Assembly (NCBI RefSeq): GCF_006345805.1
Contig: NC_043002.1
Location: forward strand, 38,626,001 to 38,690,000
Reading direction: 5' to 3'
DNA: 64,000 nt
Source of the DNA: Octopus sinensis
Taxonomy: Eukaryota
The notes beneath the pieces were generated by a model that saw only the letters and a list, made by a program, of their open reading frames with translations, was not told the origin of the DNA and ran no database searches. This document shows, piece by piece, positions 13,620-25,849 of this stretch. Position numbers and translations under genes: made by a program. Numbering within the stretch: the stretch's first letter is position 1; each line of letters opens with the position of its first letter.

Positions 13620-14065
13620 TGGACAGCCTGATGTGTTAGACAAGATTCAACGGCGTTGGATACCATAAAGTGTAATGTTGTTCACGGGTGACAAGGAGAG
13701 CTGTGGGAAACTGGTACAGACTGTGGCCAGATTCTGTCTGAAGATGGTTGCTGTTCGAGGAAGTCATATGTGTCGCAGCACGTTTCGGCACCTCCAGAAA
13801 AAGTCAGAAGCGGTTGTCGGAGAATTTCTACGACTTCACCAACCCCAATTTCTGGCTTCTTAATTCCTCCGAGTGTAATCTTATGAGTTACTATGTGTGA
13901 GGCGCATTTGAGAAGGGCACCAACTGCTCTACATGCAACGGCAAGACCGGACGGGTGACGAAGGTCATTGAGGTGTTCAAAAATTTTAACAGGGATACAG
14001 TGAGAAACACGTGCACAAATTTTCTTGATAATGAAAGATGAGAGCGTCTACTTTCAATAAAGTCT
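13620..14065 (+). mobile_element. maT (DD37D)-type transposase relic, C-terminal half
   Basis: Decayed match to QQDSAPxHTSRKSQKxLSENFYDFTNPNFWxxNSxxCNxMxYYVWGAxEKxTN, ending near 14060. Confidence 0.75.
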
Positions 14066-14311
14066 TATCTCGCAGCCATAATCTAGCTGATATTTTTCGA
14101 TATTTTAAAGATTATTTTTGGAGGAGATATTGTTTTTTTCTCTTTTCATATAAGGTGTCAATTTTTTTCTTAAAATAGTGTGCGTGTGAATATAAATGTT
14201 TGCGTGTTTGTACTTCTGTGTGTACGTGTGCTGTGTGTGTTGTGTGTGTATGTGTGTGTTTGTGCGTGTATTTGCTTGTATTCAAATATATATACATATA
14301 TATATATATAT

Positions 14312-15500
14312 TTATCTAATTCCTTTTTCTCGCCTTCACAATTTTCTATCTCTCTCTCCTCTCTTTCTTCCTCTCTCTCTCTCTCGTGTTGCTCACACGT
14401 GACTATCGTCCATCATTTTTTCCTCACGTGATCATCTATCTTTTCTTTCAGGACTGTCCCAAGGACTGGGCGTATCCTATCTCTCTCTTCTATCTTTTCT
14501 CTTGTCAAAGAAAATATTTCTGCAGCATTCACTATTTTCCCCTCCTCCTCTAAAGACCCTCCATGTTTGTTTTCGTTCGGTTTCCTTGTACATCTCCACT
14601 GTCCTGTTTTTGTTCCCAAATTTTAGCCTCTATAAGTCTCAAATTTTATTTTGATATTTATGGGAGCAACTGTCTTCGAAGACTCATATTCTCGTTGAAA
14701 GCCAGAAATGAGGAGTAGATAGACAGCTGACAACTGATGAAGGGTCTTCATTTATGTTACTTGTCTTGTTTTCGATTTGTTTCACTCGTTTGCGTATTGA
14801 ACTCCTTTTTTTTTTCGTATTTTATGCTTTTTACTATTGGTGACGTCCTGTATCCATATATGCATATATATATATATATATTATATAATTTATCTTAATA
14901 TTTTTGATGCGACTCTACTCTATACTGTTTCTCTCTCATCCTTTTCTCTAATTCCCTTTTTCTCCACTTCACCGTTTTCCATCTGTCTCTCTCTCCCTCT
15001 TTCTCCCTTTCTCCCTCTCGTTGCTCACACGTGACCATCTTCCATCTTTCTTTTCATCACGGGATTATCTTCCTCTTCCTTGAAGACTGTCCTAAGGAGT
15101 GGACGTATCCTATCTCTCTCTTCTATATTTTCTCTCGTGAAAGAAAATATATCTCCAGCGTTCGCTATTTTACCCTTGTTCTGGTCTAACGACCCTCCAT
15201 GTTTGCTTTCGTTCTGTTTCACTCTATGATTTCACTGTCTTGTTTTTGTTCCCAGCTTTGACATACCATGAGTCCCAAATTTTATTTTGGTACTTATGGG
15301 AGAAACTGTCTTCGAAGACTCATATTTTCGTGCAATGCTCGAAATGAGTAGATAGACAGCTGACAACTGATGAAGGGTCGTCCTTTGTGTTACTTGTCCT
15401 GCTTTCGATTTGTTTCTCTCGTTGTTTGAGTATTGAAATCCTTTGTTTTTGTATTACATTTTCTTTACTGTTGGTGACGTCCTGTACCCATATACGCATA
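14312..15500 (+). repeat. Tandem pair of about 550-600 bp non-coding elements: pyrimidine-rich 5' part, CTGATGA motif, (TA)n end; possibly Penelope pLTR-derived
   Basis: Cores 14389-14860 and 15021-15494 align at roughly 80% with period about 632. Each is bounded by (TA)n. The PLE origin is inference only. Confidence 0.7.
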
Positions 15501-15584
15501 TATATATGTGTGTGTGTGTGTGTGTATGTATATACATATGTATATATATATGCTTTTATATGTATATATATATATATATATATA

Positions 15585-15911
15585 TCACGTATCCACGTGA
15601 TATCACGTGATCACGTGACCGACCGGGTTATCAGATGTTGCTACACATCGCTGGTCACAATGCGCTTCGCATTGTTTTAGCCTTCAAATGACGCCACCTC
15701 GCTGGCTAAGCGAGCAGGCCAACAGAAGAAAGAGTGAGCGAAAGTTGTTGCGAAAGAGTACAGCAGGGATCGCCACCACCCCCCTACCGGAGCTTCGTGG
15801 AGCTTTAGGTGTTTTCGCTCAATAAACACTCACAATGCCCGGTCTGGGAATCGAAACCGCGATCCTACGTCCGCGAGTCCGCTACCCTAACCACTGGGCC
15901 ATTGCGCCTCC
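15585..15911 (-). mobile_element. Full-length tRNA-derived SINE family A
   Basis: Intact head ggaggcgcaatggcccagtggttagggtagcggactcgcggacgtaggatcgcggtttcgattccc; expanded TCACGTGA tail. Confidence 0.9.
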
Positions 15912-15933
15912 ACACACACACACACACACACAC

Positions 15934-16038
<105 letters not shown>

Positions 16039-16876
16039 AAACATGCTACAGACTGAGGAAATAATGACATAGATACGTATCTTTCATGTGTTGACTCTGA
16101 TCTGCGGAGTGAACGATCTTCATTTGATTTCTCTTTGTATTAGAACATTTGCAAGATATTTCTAATCTTCCGTTTTTCTATGCGTTACTTCGTTTTCCTA
16201 TTGTTTTGAAAATCTAGTCTAAAATTAAAGCCAATTTTATATTAAGACGAGATCAATAACATTTCTGATACAACATTTATTTAGTCTAATACTTGCATTA
16301 AAAATCATTATAATGAACAAAATGTCTAATGAATTTTATGTCTGGTTTTAGAAACGTCTTGCAAAAATTCCTCTATGATATTTTGTTGAAAGTGTAATTA
16401 ACCTCACAAAGTCATTACCGATACGACACTAAATAAATTATAAGTCTAAATGTCATGGGTGGACTAGGTGCAGACACATGAGTTCATCGGAGCTATAATT
16501 TAGTAGATTGTCCTGCACGAATTATGTTATACATTTAATTCTACTTATCTCGATAAGTAACAATTTTCTTAAAGGAAATCGGGTACGAAAAATTTGCTAG
16601 AGAACCACACTTAAAGATTAGCTGTATATGAATTGTGTAATTTATTGAAAAATCAAACTTAGCGCTTACATTACTTACATACGTGACCAGCTTTCTATCT
16701 TCTTACAATTACTAAGAGAGAATTTCGTATCTCTAGTTTTTGTACTTAATTTCTGGTAATTCCTGTTTTACCTGTTTCGAGTCTCAGTCATGTTTAATCA
16801 TCTCAAGCAAACATACAAAATACCATATAGATAACTACAACCTTCTCCAACTTTATTAATTCATATATAAATATAG

Positions 16877-17085
16877 AGGGATGTGACTTAGTGGTTAGGG
16901 TGTTCCACTAACGATCAAAAGATCGTGGTTTCGATTCCTAGACGGGCCGGTCTGATTTGTTCTTGTCCAAAACATTTTATTTTGTTTGGTCGGCAACCAA
17001 TTCGACTTCTGAGGTGTGGCACACAATACACCTCTACAGGCTGTGTCGCTTTCATGGTTAGAGGAAGTGAGCTACTGTACAGCAC
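16877..17085 (+). mobile_element. tRNA-derived SINE family D
   Basis: gtgacttagtggttagggtg...gatcgtggtttcgattcc (A/B boxes); body shared with 2268-2432. Confidence 0.6.
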
Positions 17086-17090
17086 AGGAA

Positions 17091-17314
17091 TTTACTCTTT
17101 TACTTGTTTCAGTCATTTGACTGTGGCCATGCTGGAGCATTGCCTTTAGTCGAGCAAATTGAACGCAGGACTTATTCTTTGTAAGCCTAGTACTTATTCT
17201 ATCTCTCTCTTTTGCCGAATCGTTAAGTTACGGGGACATAAACACACCAGCATCGGTTGTCAAGCGATGTTGGGGACAAACACAGGCACACAAACATTCA
17301 CACACACACACACG

Positions 17315-17350
<36 letters not shown>

Positions 17351-17514
17351 CGACGGCTTCTTTCAGTTTCCGTCTACCAAATCCACTCACAAGACTCTGG
17401 TCAGCCCGAGGCTATAGTAAAAGACACTTGCCCAAGGTGCCACGCAGTGGGACTGAACCTGGAACCGTGTTGTTGGTAAGCAGGCTACTTACCACACAGC
17501 CATTCCTACGCCTA
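17091..17514 (-). mobile_element. Full-length SINE family B
   Basis: Minus strand ggcgtaggaatggctgtgtggtaagtag...ggttcagtcccactgcgtggcaccttgggcaagtgtc...tttggtagacggaaactgaaagaagccgtcg, then a microsatellite, ending aaatgactgaaacaagtaaaagagt. Confidence 0.9.
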
Positions 17515-17756
17515 TACTTACTACACAACCACTCCTATACCTATGATTACTATATACATAAAAATCACCTGTATGGGATCTTCAGCAAGGGACTGCGAGC
17601 ATTTTATACGTCGTGCATGACGGGAGAGTCCGTATACATATATTTAAATATATGTGCGCGTGTATGTATGTACATATGTATGTATGCATATAATATATAT
17701 ATATATATATATATAGCAGTTTTCTCGTATACGAGCAAAGCCATTGCTAGAAAGAA

Positions 17757-18585
17757 TCATTGAAATGACTCAATGTTGATGCAATGTGAGGCCTTTGCAT
17801 GACTCTTCAGTCCGGCGAAAGTTTTGCACATTCTATCGCATAATACACAGCTCTGCTGGCTTAGAGATGAAGCAGGTATGAACTCTGTTTTCTTTTTCTT
17901 TTCTTTTTTGAGATGCCTTTTAAAACCTCGAATTGAGAGGCAAACCTTTCCACAGGTTGCACATGTTCTGTTGTGAACAATAGCCGTATCACAATTTATC
18001 ATAGGTCGATTCCAGTGAGTTTTCTGATGGGTGACCAAGCCCACATGACTCAAGTACCTCCTCCTACAAGCCACACACACACACACACACAAGTACACAC
18101 AAGTAGCAAAACTCCCTCATTCTCCGCAGGTTCATTTCTTCTAGGCTTTCTCTTAATCCTCTCGTTCTTCATTCTCTCTCGCTCTCTCAAACCTCGAACA
18201 ACCATTTTACAATCCCTTCATCCAGTTCGTTCTTGTGCTTCCCTCCCCCAATCAATTACTGAAATTCCTGTCTGTGTCAGAGCAATACTGGGGTAGTCTT
18301 TGAGCTGTATGGTGAGCTGGGAGATGGTAGGAAACCAGCATATGCTGGTTTATGTGCTGGTTTTCTACCATACAAAAGTTACTTGAGAATTCTTTCATCA
18401 TTCATTCTTACCAGATGTCCACCCCACCTCAAACAACTTTGCAGACTCATTGATTCTACATTTCATTCAACCACTTCTCTTAAATACCTCCACATCACTG
18501 ATGGCTGTTTTCCAATTTATCCCAAGAATTTTCCTAAGACAATATTGATGATATCGTTCTAAATGCCATAAATGCCTACGATAAA
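17757..18585 (-). mobile_element. RTE-clade LINE 3' fragment with three C2H2-like zinc fingers
   Basis: RRHLWHLERYHQYCLRKILGINW and CLRWGGHLVRMNDERILK are RTE post-RT motifs. They are followed by CVACRRRYLSHVGLVTHQKTH, CATCGKVCLSIRGFKRH and CVLCDRMCKTFAGLKSHAKASH. Confidence 0.75.
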
Positions 18586-18595
18586 CATACATACG

Positions 18596-18627
<32 letters not shown>

Positions 18628-20409
18628 TGTATGTATGAATGTATGTATGTATGTATTTATGTATGTATGTATGTATATGAAGACACTGTACGGCAGAGTT
18701 CTTAAGGAATACGGTTCTCAAGTACGAAGTACCGGTTTCGAACGCAATGCCTAGCAGCAGGAGTGAAAGACTTTTTTTTCTGGCTCTTGATCAGCCAAAG
18801 CAGGTGAAAATATTGAATAGCTAGAAAATGTTTGGAAGTATGTCCAATAGGCTGAATTTTTAGGTCAAAGATTCAATTTTTTTTTCATACATTAGCATGC
18901 TGATTCAGCCTCAGGAGCATTACGTTAAGATTATATGTGTCTGGAGAAAACTCAAATATTTCCATTACAATTTAATGACTCGTAGTTTAATCAATTAATC
19001 AATTGAAAATTCATGGTCGGAAATTGTGACTCAGACCTTTCTATACACACGCATACATATACACACGCTCACGCACACATATGCTGACATATACACGTAC
19101 ACATTCACACCTAAAGGCACATACACACAAATACACACAAGCACACACAAGCACACCCCCCACATACACACACACAACTTTCATAATCAGTTATTACCCA
19201 CTAAATTTCAAGCCTCTCTCTTGTTAATAACTATTTACGCTTTTACCTTCAAATGATATTTTATTAAGAAGGTTGCCAATATAATCACATTTCTACACAC
19301 GCGACGACTGAATTTGAACTCGGAACGTAAGGACGGACTAAAAGCTGGTAAGCATGCTGCCAACTGTGCAAACAATTCTGTCTATCTCATCTATGTTACT
19401 TCAAAACTGACACTTTGCTTATACACTGGAGAAGAATATTAGAAAACTAAAATTACATAGAACAGAATAATGTGGTATTAAATACACAATTATTTACTTC
19501 TTATTCATTAACCAATTGGCATTCAGGCGACGACCCTTAGCTTTTGGTCACCTATCAACAGTGGGATCCACTCACACCATTTTCCCGTCTTTTTTCAGTA
19601 CCCAATTACTGTTAAACCCGATCGCACGCTTTCAGTAGATAATCATTTTCTTTTTTTGTTCCAATCGTACTACTAAGGTAGTACATATATTTGAAACGGA
19701 TTTCATTTATCCTCGTTATCTTTCGTATTAGAAATAATTGGATAACTTCTGAGTTAACAAAACCGTAGGTCTTAGGAAAGACAGACAGACTTTTAGCCAA
19801 ACGTATTGGAGAAGGCGCATCGAAATTCTTGCATAAAAAGAAAATAGGAAAAATATTAAAAACTCTACCAAGGTAACCAAGACGTTAAGAAAGTATTTTA
19901 ACCTAATCCTCGTATAACATCAAAAGAAATGGAGTAAATAGGGGAGAGTTTCAGGGAATCGCTGGCGATGTATCGTGATGATCAAAAATCCGGCCTGCTA
20001 AAATTTGGTTAAAGTGATTCAAACTGCAGACTCAACGCAGAATGGTCACATTTAATTCAAAGCGTTAAAAATGTTATGAAAACAATTGGTATGTGTTCAC
20101 AAAGTCCAAACAATTAATACGAAAAAACCCTCCAGGCTACATCCCGAACATTCTTTTCTTTGCCGAATTTCAAATTCTTTATTACCCACTAGGGGCGACA
20201 TAGACAAGAACATGACAATCACGAATGATGATACAATAAGATGCTTTGTGGGATCAACTAAAAATTTGACTGAACAATAAAATCGAATGAAATTACAATT
20301 ACAATTACAAAGACACTTTTACAAATTGACAGAATGCAGTGGGGCGGGTCCGCGGACCCCACGCTCCCCGCCACGACACTTAGACTTGTGTTTACTTTTT
20401 TTTCCAGGT

Positions 20410-23400
20410 CTATCTCGTATTTGTGAGGGACCTTTTATTCGCCACATTCTTCCACCTTTCATCGAACACTTTCTTACTCAGGCTCCTCCTCTCCAGTTCT
20501 ATTTGTCTTTTCATGTGGAACTTGAAATATTCCACCAGACTAGAACCGGAGATGAAGTCGCCTGTAAGCATCCCTTTCACCCGCGTCTTCCATACTGCCT
20601 GTTTCGCACTTGAAACCACAGAGAGAAAACAATTCTTACCTTCTTTCGTTAAGAAGTCAGGTGGGCTGATTTTCACAATGGATTCGGCTGATAGCTGTAC
20701 TCTTCCTCCACTTGACATCATTTGTTCGGCATAAACCCACATGTCTGTCACCTCCGGGCACTGCACGATCGCGTGCGAGACGGTTTCCCTGTCTCGCCCA
20801 CATCTCGCGCAGGTCGGGCTGACTGAGGCACCATGCCTTGCGAGTTTATCCCGAACAGGTAAGGCTCCTCGGTAACACTGCCAAGCCAAAGACTTCTGGA
20901 AATTATCCAGTGCCTTCGGCCCGAATGTACGTTGGAACAGACTGGCCAGCTGATTATCGTCGAAACCTAGGATTTCCCCTAGCGTATCATCGTTACCGGC
21001 CTCTACAAAACCTCTATAAAACACAGCGGTAGAACCACTGCCGCAGGCATTGCCCGAGCGACGGAATAATCGGAGTGCCTTGCGGCACTCCGTGTACCAT
21101 GTACCCAACTTCGATCTACGATTATACCAGTCTTCCCGTCCACCGAAACTGGTGAACCTGGGAAACATCTGCTTCGCCAGCGGAGACCACACCCGTTCAC
21201 CATCCAGATGGAGCCACAGGTGCCTTAGCCTCAGCGCATTTCTGCGCATCATTAGCCACGGCATCCCTAGTCCACCCTGTAACGGTTTTTGACAACAAAT
21301 AGAGCGTTTCACAAGTGGTTTCGAGCCCTTCCACAAAAAGTGAAAGAGCTGTCTCTCCAACTTGTTCAACCACGAATCCGGGCAAGGCACGACGGCAAGG
21401 CGGTAGGTGATCACCGATGCGATAAACACATTGGCTACCTCCGCCCTACCTTTCAGGGATAACCACCGCCAAGACCAGGTCTTGACTACTGCGGTCACCC
21501 TGCTCGATACCTCGCTCCAGTTCTTCCCTATTTGGAGGCCTGGTCCAAACCAGACCCCGAGCAACTTAATCGGGCCCTCCGTCCAACGTCCCACGACGCT
21601 GTCTGGAGGCATCGACTTGCCTCTCCAGGTGCCGAGCTGCAAGCCGACTGACTTTTCACGATTAACCTTTGCTCCTGTCACCGTCTCGTAAACCTCTATG
21701 GCCTTGCCTACTTTACGTAGGAGGTCCATTTCGGTCACGATGATAGTGATGTCATCCGCGTACGCCGAAACCGACATTCCACGACCTGGCTGCCTCGGGA
21801 TGCCACTCAGTTTTCGCAGCAGCGGCTCGAGAGCCACTACATACAAAAGCGGGGAGAGCGGACATCCCTGACGGACCGAGCGTTTGACCTTGAACGGCTT
21901 AGAAATAAGCCGTTCACCCGAACTACCGAGTCGACGTTGTCATACATTGTATGATCCACCTGAGGAGCCAAGACCCAGGCCGAACTGAGCTGAGCCGGGA
22001 CGGACACCAGGTAACGATGGTCGACCCTATCGAAAGCTTTTGACTGGTCTAAATGGACCACTGCCCCTCCCTTGCCGGGATCGTTATCCATTCCCTCTAT
22101 CGTGTATCTAATTAGATGGGGATTATCCTGAATGGTTCTGCCCGGTACGGCGCACGTTTGCGCTTTCCCGATCAGTCCATTCGCGACATGCGCCAATCTG
22201 TTCGATAACACTTTGGCCAAAATCTTCAACTCTGCGTTAAGCAGAGTGATGGGCCTGAAATTATCAATGACGTCCCCCTTGCTCTGGTCCTTCCTGACTA
22301 GTGTCACCACTCCCCGGCGCACAGATCTGGGTATGAACCCATTCTGCTGCCAGTTCGCGTAGACGTCCGCCAGTAAGTCCCCGAACAAGTCCGGCATACT
22401 TTTATAAAGCTCGTAGGGCAGACCATCCAGCCCCGGCGCCTTACCCGCACCGCAGTCTGCCATGGCCTCTATACCACCTCCTCAGCGTGATCGGCTTCTC
22501 ACTACACTCCGCGTCCCGCCCCGAGAGCCGCGGCAGTCCGTCAAGGAGGTCCGTAAGGTCCCTCCTCTCATCCGGCCCGCCGACCCCCCAAAGAGCTGGG
22601 CGAAGTGGTCCTGAAAAGCTTGACACATCTCCTCGGGCTCGTCTGTCAACTTACCTTGTTGGTTCGTCAGAGATCGAATTGTGGCATCGTTGCCACGTTG
22701 GGCTTCCACCACTCGGGCCCATCTCGCGGCATTAATTCCTTCGCTCCCCATTGTACGTTGTCTAGCTCTGACAATGCAACCCATGTGTTTGGCTTCGAGG
22801 TGCTGGTTTAAAACCAGTCTCTTGGCCCTCACTTGAGCCGCGTTGCCAGTTCGCATTGCTTCCTCTAGGTCCTTAACTAGAGTAGTTTCTTTTCTAGCCT
22901 CTCTAGCTACGAGATCTATACTATATCTAATAGACTCATATCTTATGGCTCGCTTGAGGGCATACCACCATTTGTTATTGATAATGGAGCCGGTCATGGC
23001 CCTCTGGATCATCAACCTAATCCTGTCACTGTACTCCTTAATCGCCAAAAGGGACGTATTAAGTTTCCAGTAACCAGGACCTCTATTTATCTTATCTACT
23101 GTCTAGCTTACAGGTGACCATCTTGTGGTCACTGTAGCTGACTATGTGGAGCTGTGGACTCTTAACTAGGTTTCTATCTACCTTCCTAATTAAAATCCTA
23201 TCTATGTATGACCTTGACGATCCGTCGCTGTTTGTCCATGTCCACAATGGAGCGTCCGGATGTTCCAGTCTATATGGATCTACCAGCTCAAAACGTCTTA
23301 GTAGATCCAGGAAGCAGGCATTTCCTTTCCTGTCTGTTTGCGAGCCTACACAGTCTACCCGCACATTGCAGATTGTGTTGTAGTCTCCTAACATTACTAA

Positions 23401-23805
23401 AGGGCACGATGTACTGAGAAACTTCTCCAGGTTCCGAAAATACTCACTATTCCCCTTATTATTGGGGGCGTAAACCGCAACCAGTCTGATTGTCTTACGA
23501 CTGCTGAACGTCAAATCAACGACGACCAGCCTACCTTCTGGATCTGCAAAAATCAACTTTTTCCCAGAAACCCGGTTCCTTTTCACCAGGACCAACACCC
23601 CACTTCCGCCGACCGACGGGTTTGGAGAGATAATTCCCTCGTAACCGTCGAACAGCGGGAGCAGATCTCTTGGCCCTTTTAACCGGGTTTCTGTGGCAAC
23701 AACAACATCTAAATCCCGTGACCTGATGTCATTTAGGAAGCGCCCTTGCTTCCGGCTCGCCATCAGGCCACGCACATTTACGCATCCTACACAAATACGA
23801 GACAT
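20410..23805 (-). CDS. Tx1-type ORF2: AP endonuclease, reverse transcriptase and C-terminal CCHC (copy A; split by about 4 single-base indels)
   Basis: VNVRG, ETR, GDYN, YIDRIL and SDH (APE); NFRPITLLNAELKILAK, DQSKAFDRVDH, QGCPLSP region and YADD (RT); CARCGRDRETVSHAIVQC. Confidence 0.92.
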
Positions 23806-23815
23806 TTACTTACCT

Positions 23816-25376
23816 TTATGTCGGTGTCCCTGTTGGTCGGGGGGGGGTGAAGTCCGCTTTAATAAGTGACTCGTGTACATCGAGCCGCGGACCCCTTATG
23901 TCCCCTGAATACTGCGCATTTAAAATATTAAAGTTTAGCAAATCCATTTTGTATATTTCTACATTTTTTTTTTAATTTTCTGTGCGTTTGTATTTTTTCA
24001 GCGGTTGGGATGTTTCCCATTCCGCTGCTTAAACTGTCGTTGTCTTTGTTGATGGCTGCATAAACTACTTGGAACTCCGTGATTTTCTTTTGGGGACTTT
24101 GTGGGGGTGATGGGGAGAAGGGGGAGGAGGAGTTTGGGGAGTATGTAGGGGAGGAGCACGGGGAGGTCATTTGGAGGGGAGGGTAATGTATGGTACTGTG
24201 GGGTGGGGGTGATTCGTGTTGGTCTGGGGGGGTCTTATCTTTTTTTTCCTTTTGTGGAGAACCGTGTTTGGGTGGGGTGGCTTTTCCCCCCCTGGGTGTT
24301 ACTCTTTTTTGTATTATGGTTGGGTATATTTACGTCCGTATTTTTTCTTTTTTTCATTTTTCTGGGTATCACGAAATCGTCATCCCCCTCTTGTTTCTTT
24401 CCTTCTTCTGTTTCCGTCGTTTTCTTCCTCCTCTCCTCTTCTTCAGCTTTTTTCCTTGCTTCTTCTTCTTCTTTCTTGCAGGTGGGGCATTCTGCTCGGA
24501 TGTGGCCCTTTTCTCCACACCCGTAGCATCTGGGCTTACGCCCTTCGACCACCACCCGCAAGTTTATTTCGTCGTCGAAATTAATGAATTCAGGCACCTC
24601 CTCTAACGTTTCCGGCGCCGCTTGCACTATTATTTGTAGTGCTTGTCCCTTCCAATTCTCCTTCTGGGTTCTGACGATGTCTATAATGTTGATTTTTTCT
24701 TTCAGTCCCATAAATAGGGCTGGAATGAGGCTTTCTACCTCAATTTCTGGTAGTATGTCGTCTATTTTGATTTTTATTGTTCTTCTTCCCATATACGAGG
24801 GGAGAAGAATTATATCTGTTGATTTTAGAGGGTTGATCGAGTGTTTCCTCGCCTGTTCCTCCTCTTTAAAGTAAACCATTATGGTTGCATACTTCTTACC
24901 CACCATGTAACGAAATCAATGTCTGTCCATATTGGTTTGAGACACTTTTCGGCCTGCTCTTTTTGTTTTTTCTATTTTTCTTTCCTTAATTACAAAAGAT
25001 TTAAAAATTACCGTTTTCTTCATGGTGCTGGTTTTTATTTCTTGTGGGAGGGTGGCTTTTTGTTGTTCCCCTCCCTTTTTTACCTGTCCTTGTATTTGTC
25101 GTAATCAATGTCCTCTGGTAAAATATGTTCGGTTTTTCTGCCGGCTGCGGCTGCGAAGTTAACCGTTTTTTTCACGTTTTCAACTACTGGTACACTTGTT
25201 TCCGAATTTTCTGCTTTCATCATATTTTTTTTTTCCTTGTAGGTGAACCTACAATATTTTTTTCCTTTGTAGGTGAACCTACAATATATTTTTCCTTTGT
25301 AGGTGAACCTACAATTTTCTTTTTTTGAAGGTGAACCTTCATTGGCAAAATGTTCAACTGTTTTTTCCATTTTCAC
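23816..25376 (-). CDS. ORF1 (gag-like) with CCHC zinc knuckle (copy A; frameshifted as assembled, C-terminal frame uncertain)
   Basis: CYGCGEKGHIRAEC knuckle followed by an E/K-rich coiled segment; ORF pieces 25080-25376, 24235-24906 and 23928-24170. Confidence 0.8.
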
Positions 25377-25849
25377 ACAAATGGATTTTTTTTTTGTTAG
25401 ATTGTGTCAAAACACAATATATTTCACACTATTTCCCCTCCTTAAAGGAGGGGAATAACAAAGTTTTCCTGGTTCAAAAACCAGTTAAAGTTCAGTATAA
25501 CAATTTAACAAACAATTTTTAAACAAACAATTTCAACACAATTTTAACAATATTTTGGCTCACGTGAAAAAACACAACCGACTCCTTCAAAAATTCTTTG
25601 CCGAATTTCAAATTCTTTATTACCCACTAGGGGCTACATAGACAAGAACATGACAATCACGAATGATGATACAATAAGATGCTTGTGGGATCAATTTAAA
25701 AATTTGACTGAACAATAAAATCGAATGAAATTACAATTACAATTACAAAGACACATTTACAAATGACAGAATGCAGTGGGGCGGGTCCGCGGACCCCACG
25801 CTCCCCGCCACGACACTTAGACTTGTGTTTACTTTTTTTTTTTTCAGGT

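Larger units (their letters stand above)
20172..25593 (-). mobile_element. Full-length Tx1/L1-clade non-LTR retrotransposon, copy A (about 5.4 kb)
   Basis: ORF1 with zinc knuckle plus ORF2 (APE-RT-CCHC). Bounded by the 16-bp direct repeat TTCTTTGCCGAATTTC at 20156-20171 and 25594-25609. No poly(A) tail. Confidence 0.95.

Noticed and set aside
15850-15911. tRNA-like sequences with A/B boxes
   Set aside because: They are SINE heads without a complete cloverleaf or acceptor stem, so no tRNA gene is called. No rRNA or CRISPR array is seen in the window.
16041-16089. Hammerhead-like relics here and at about 18720-18765 (-), 45620-45665 (+), 52590-52630 (-) and 53790-53830 (-)
   Set aside because: Core positions are mutated (GATAC, CTGCTGC, CAGTTGA, GAAT) and/or the stems do not pair, so they cannot be supported as ribozymes.
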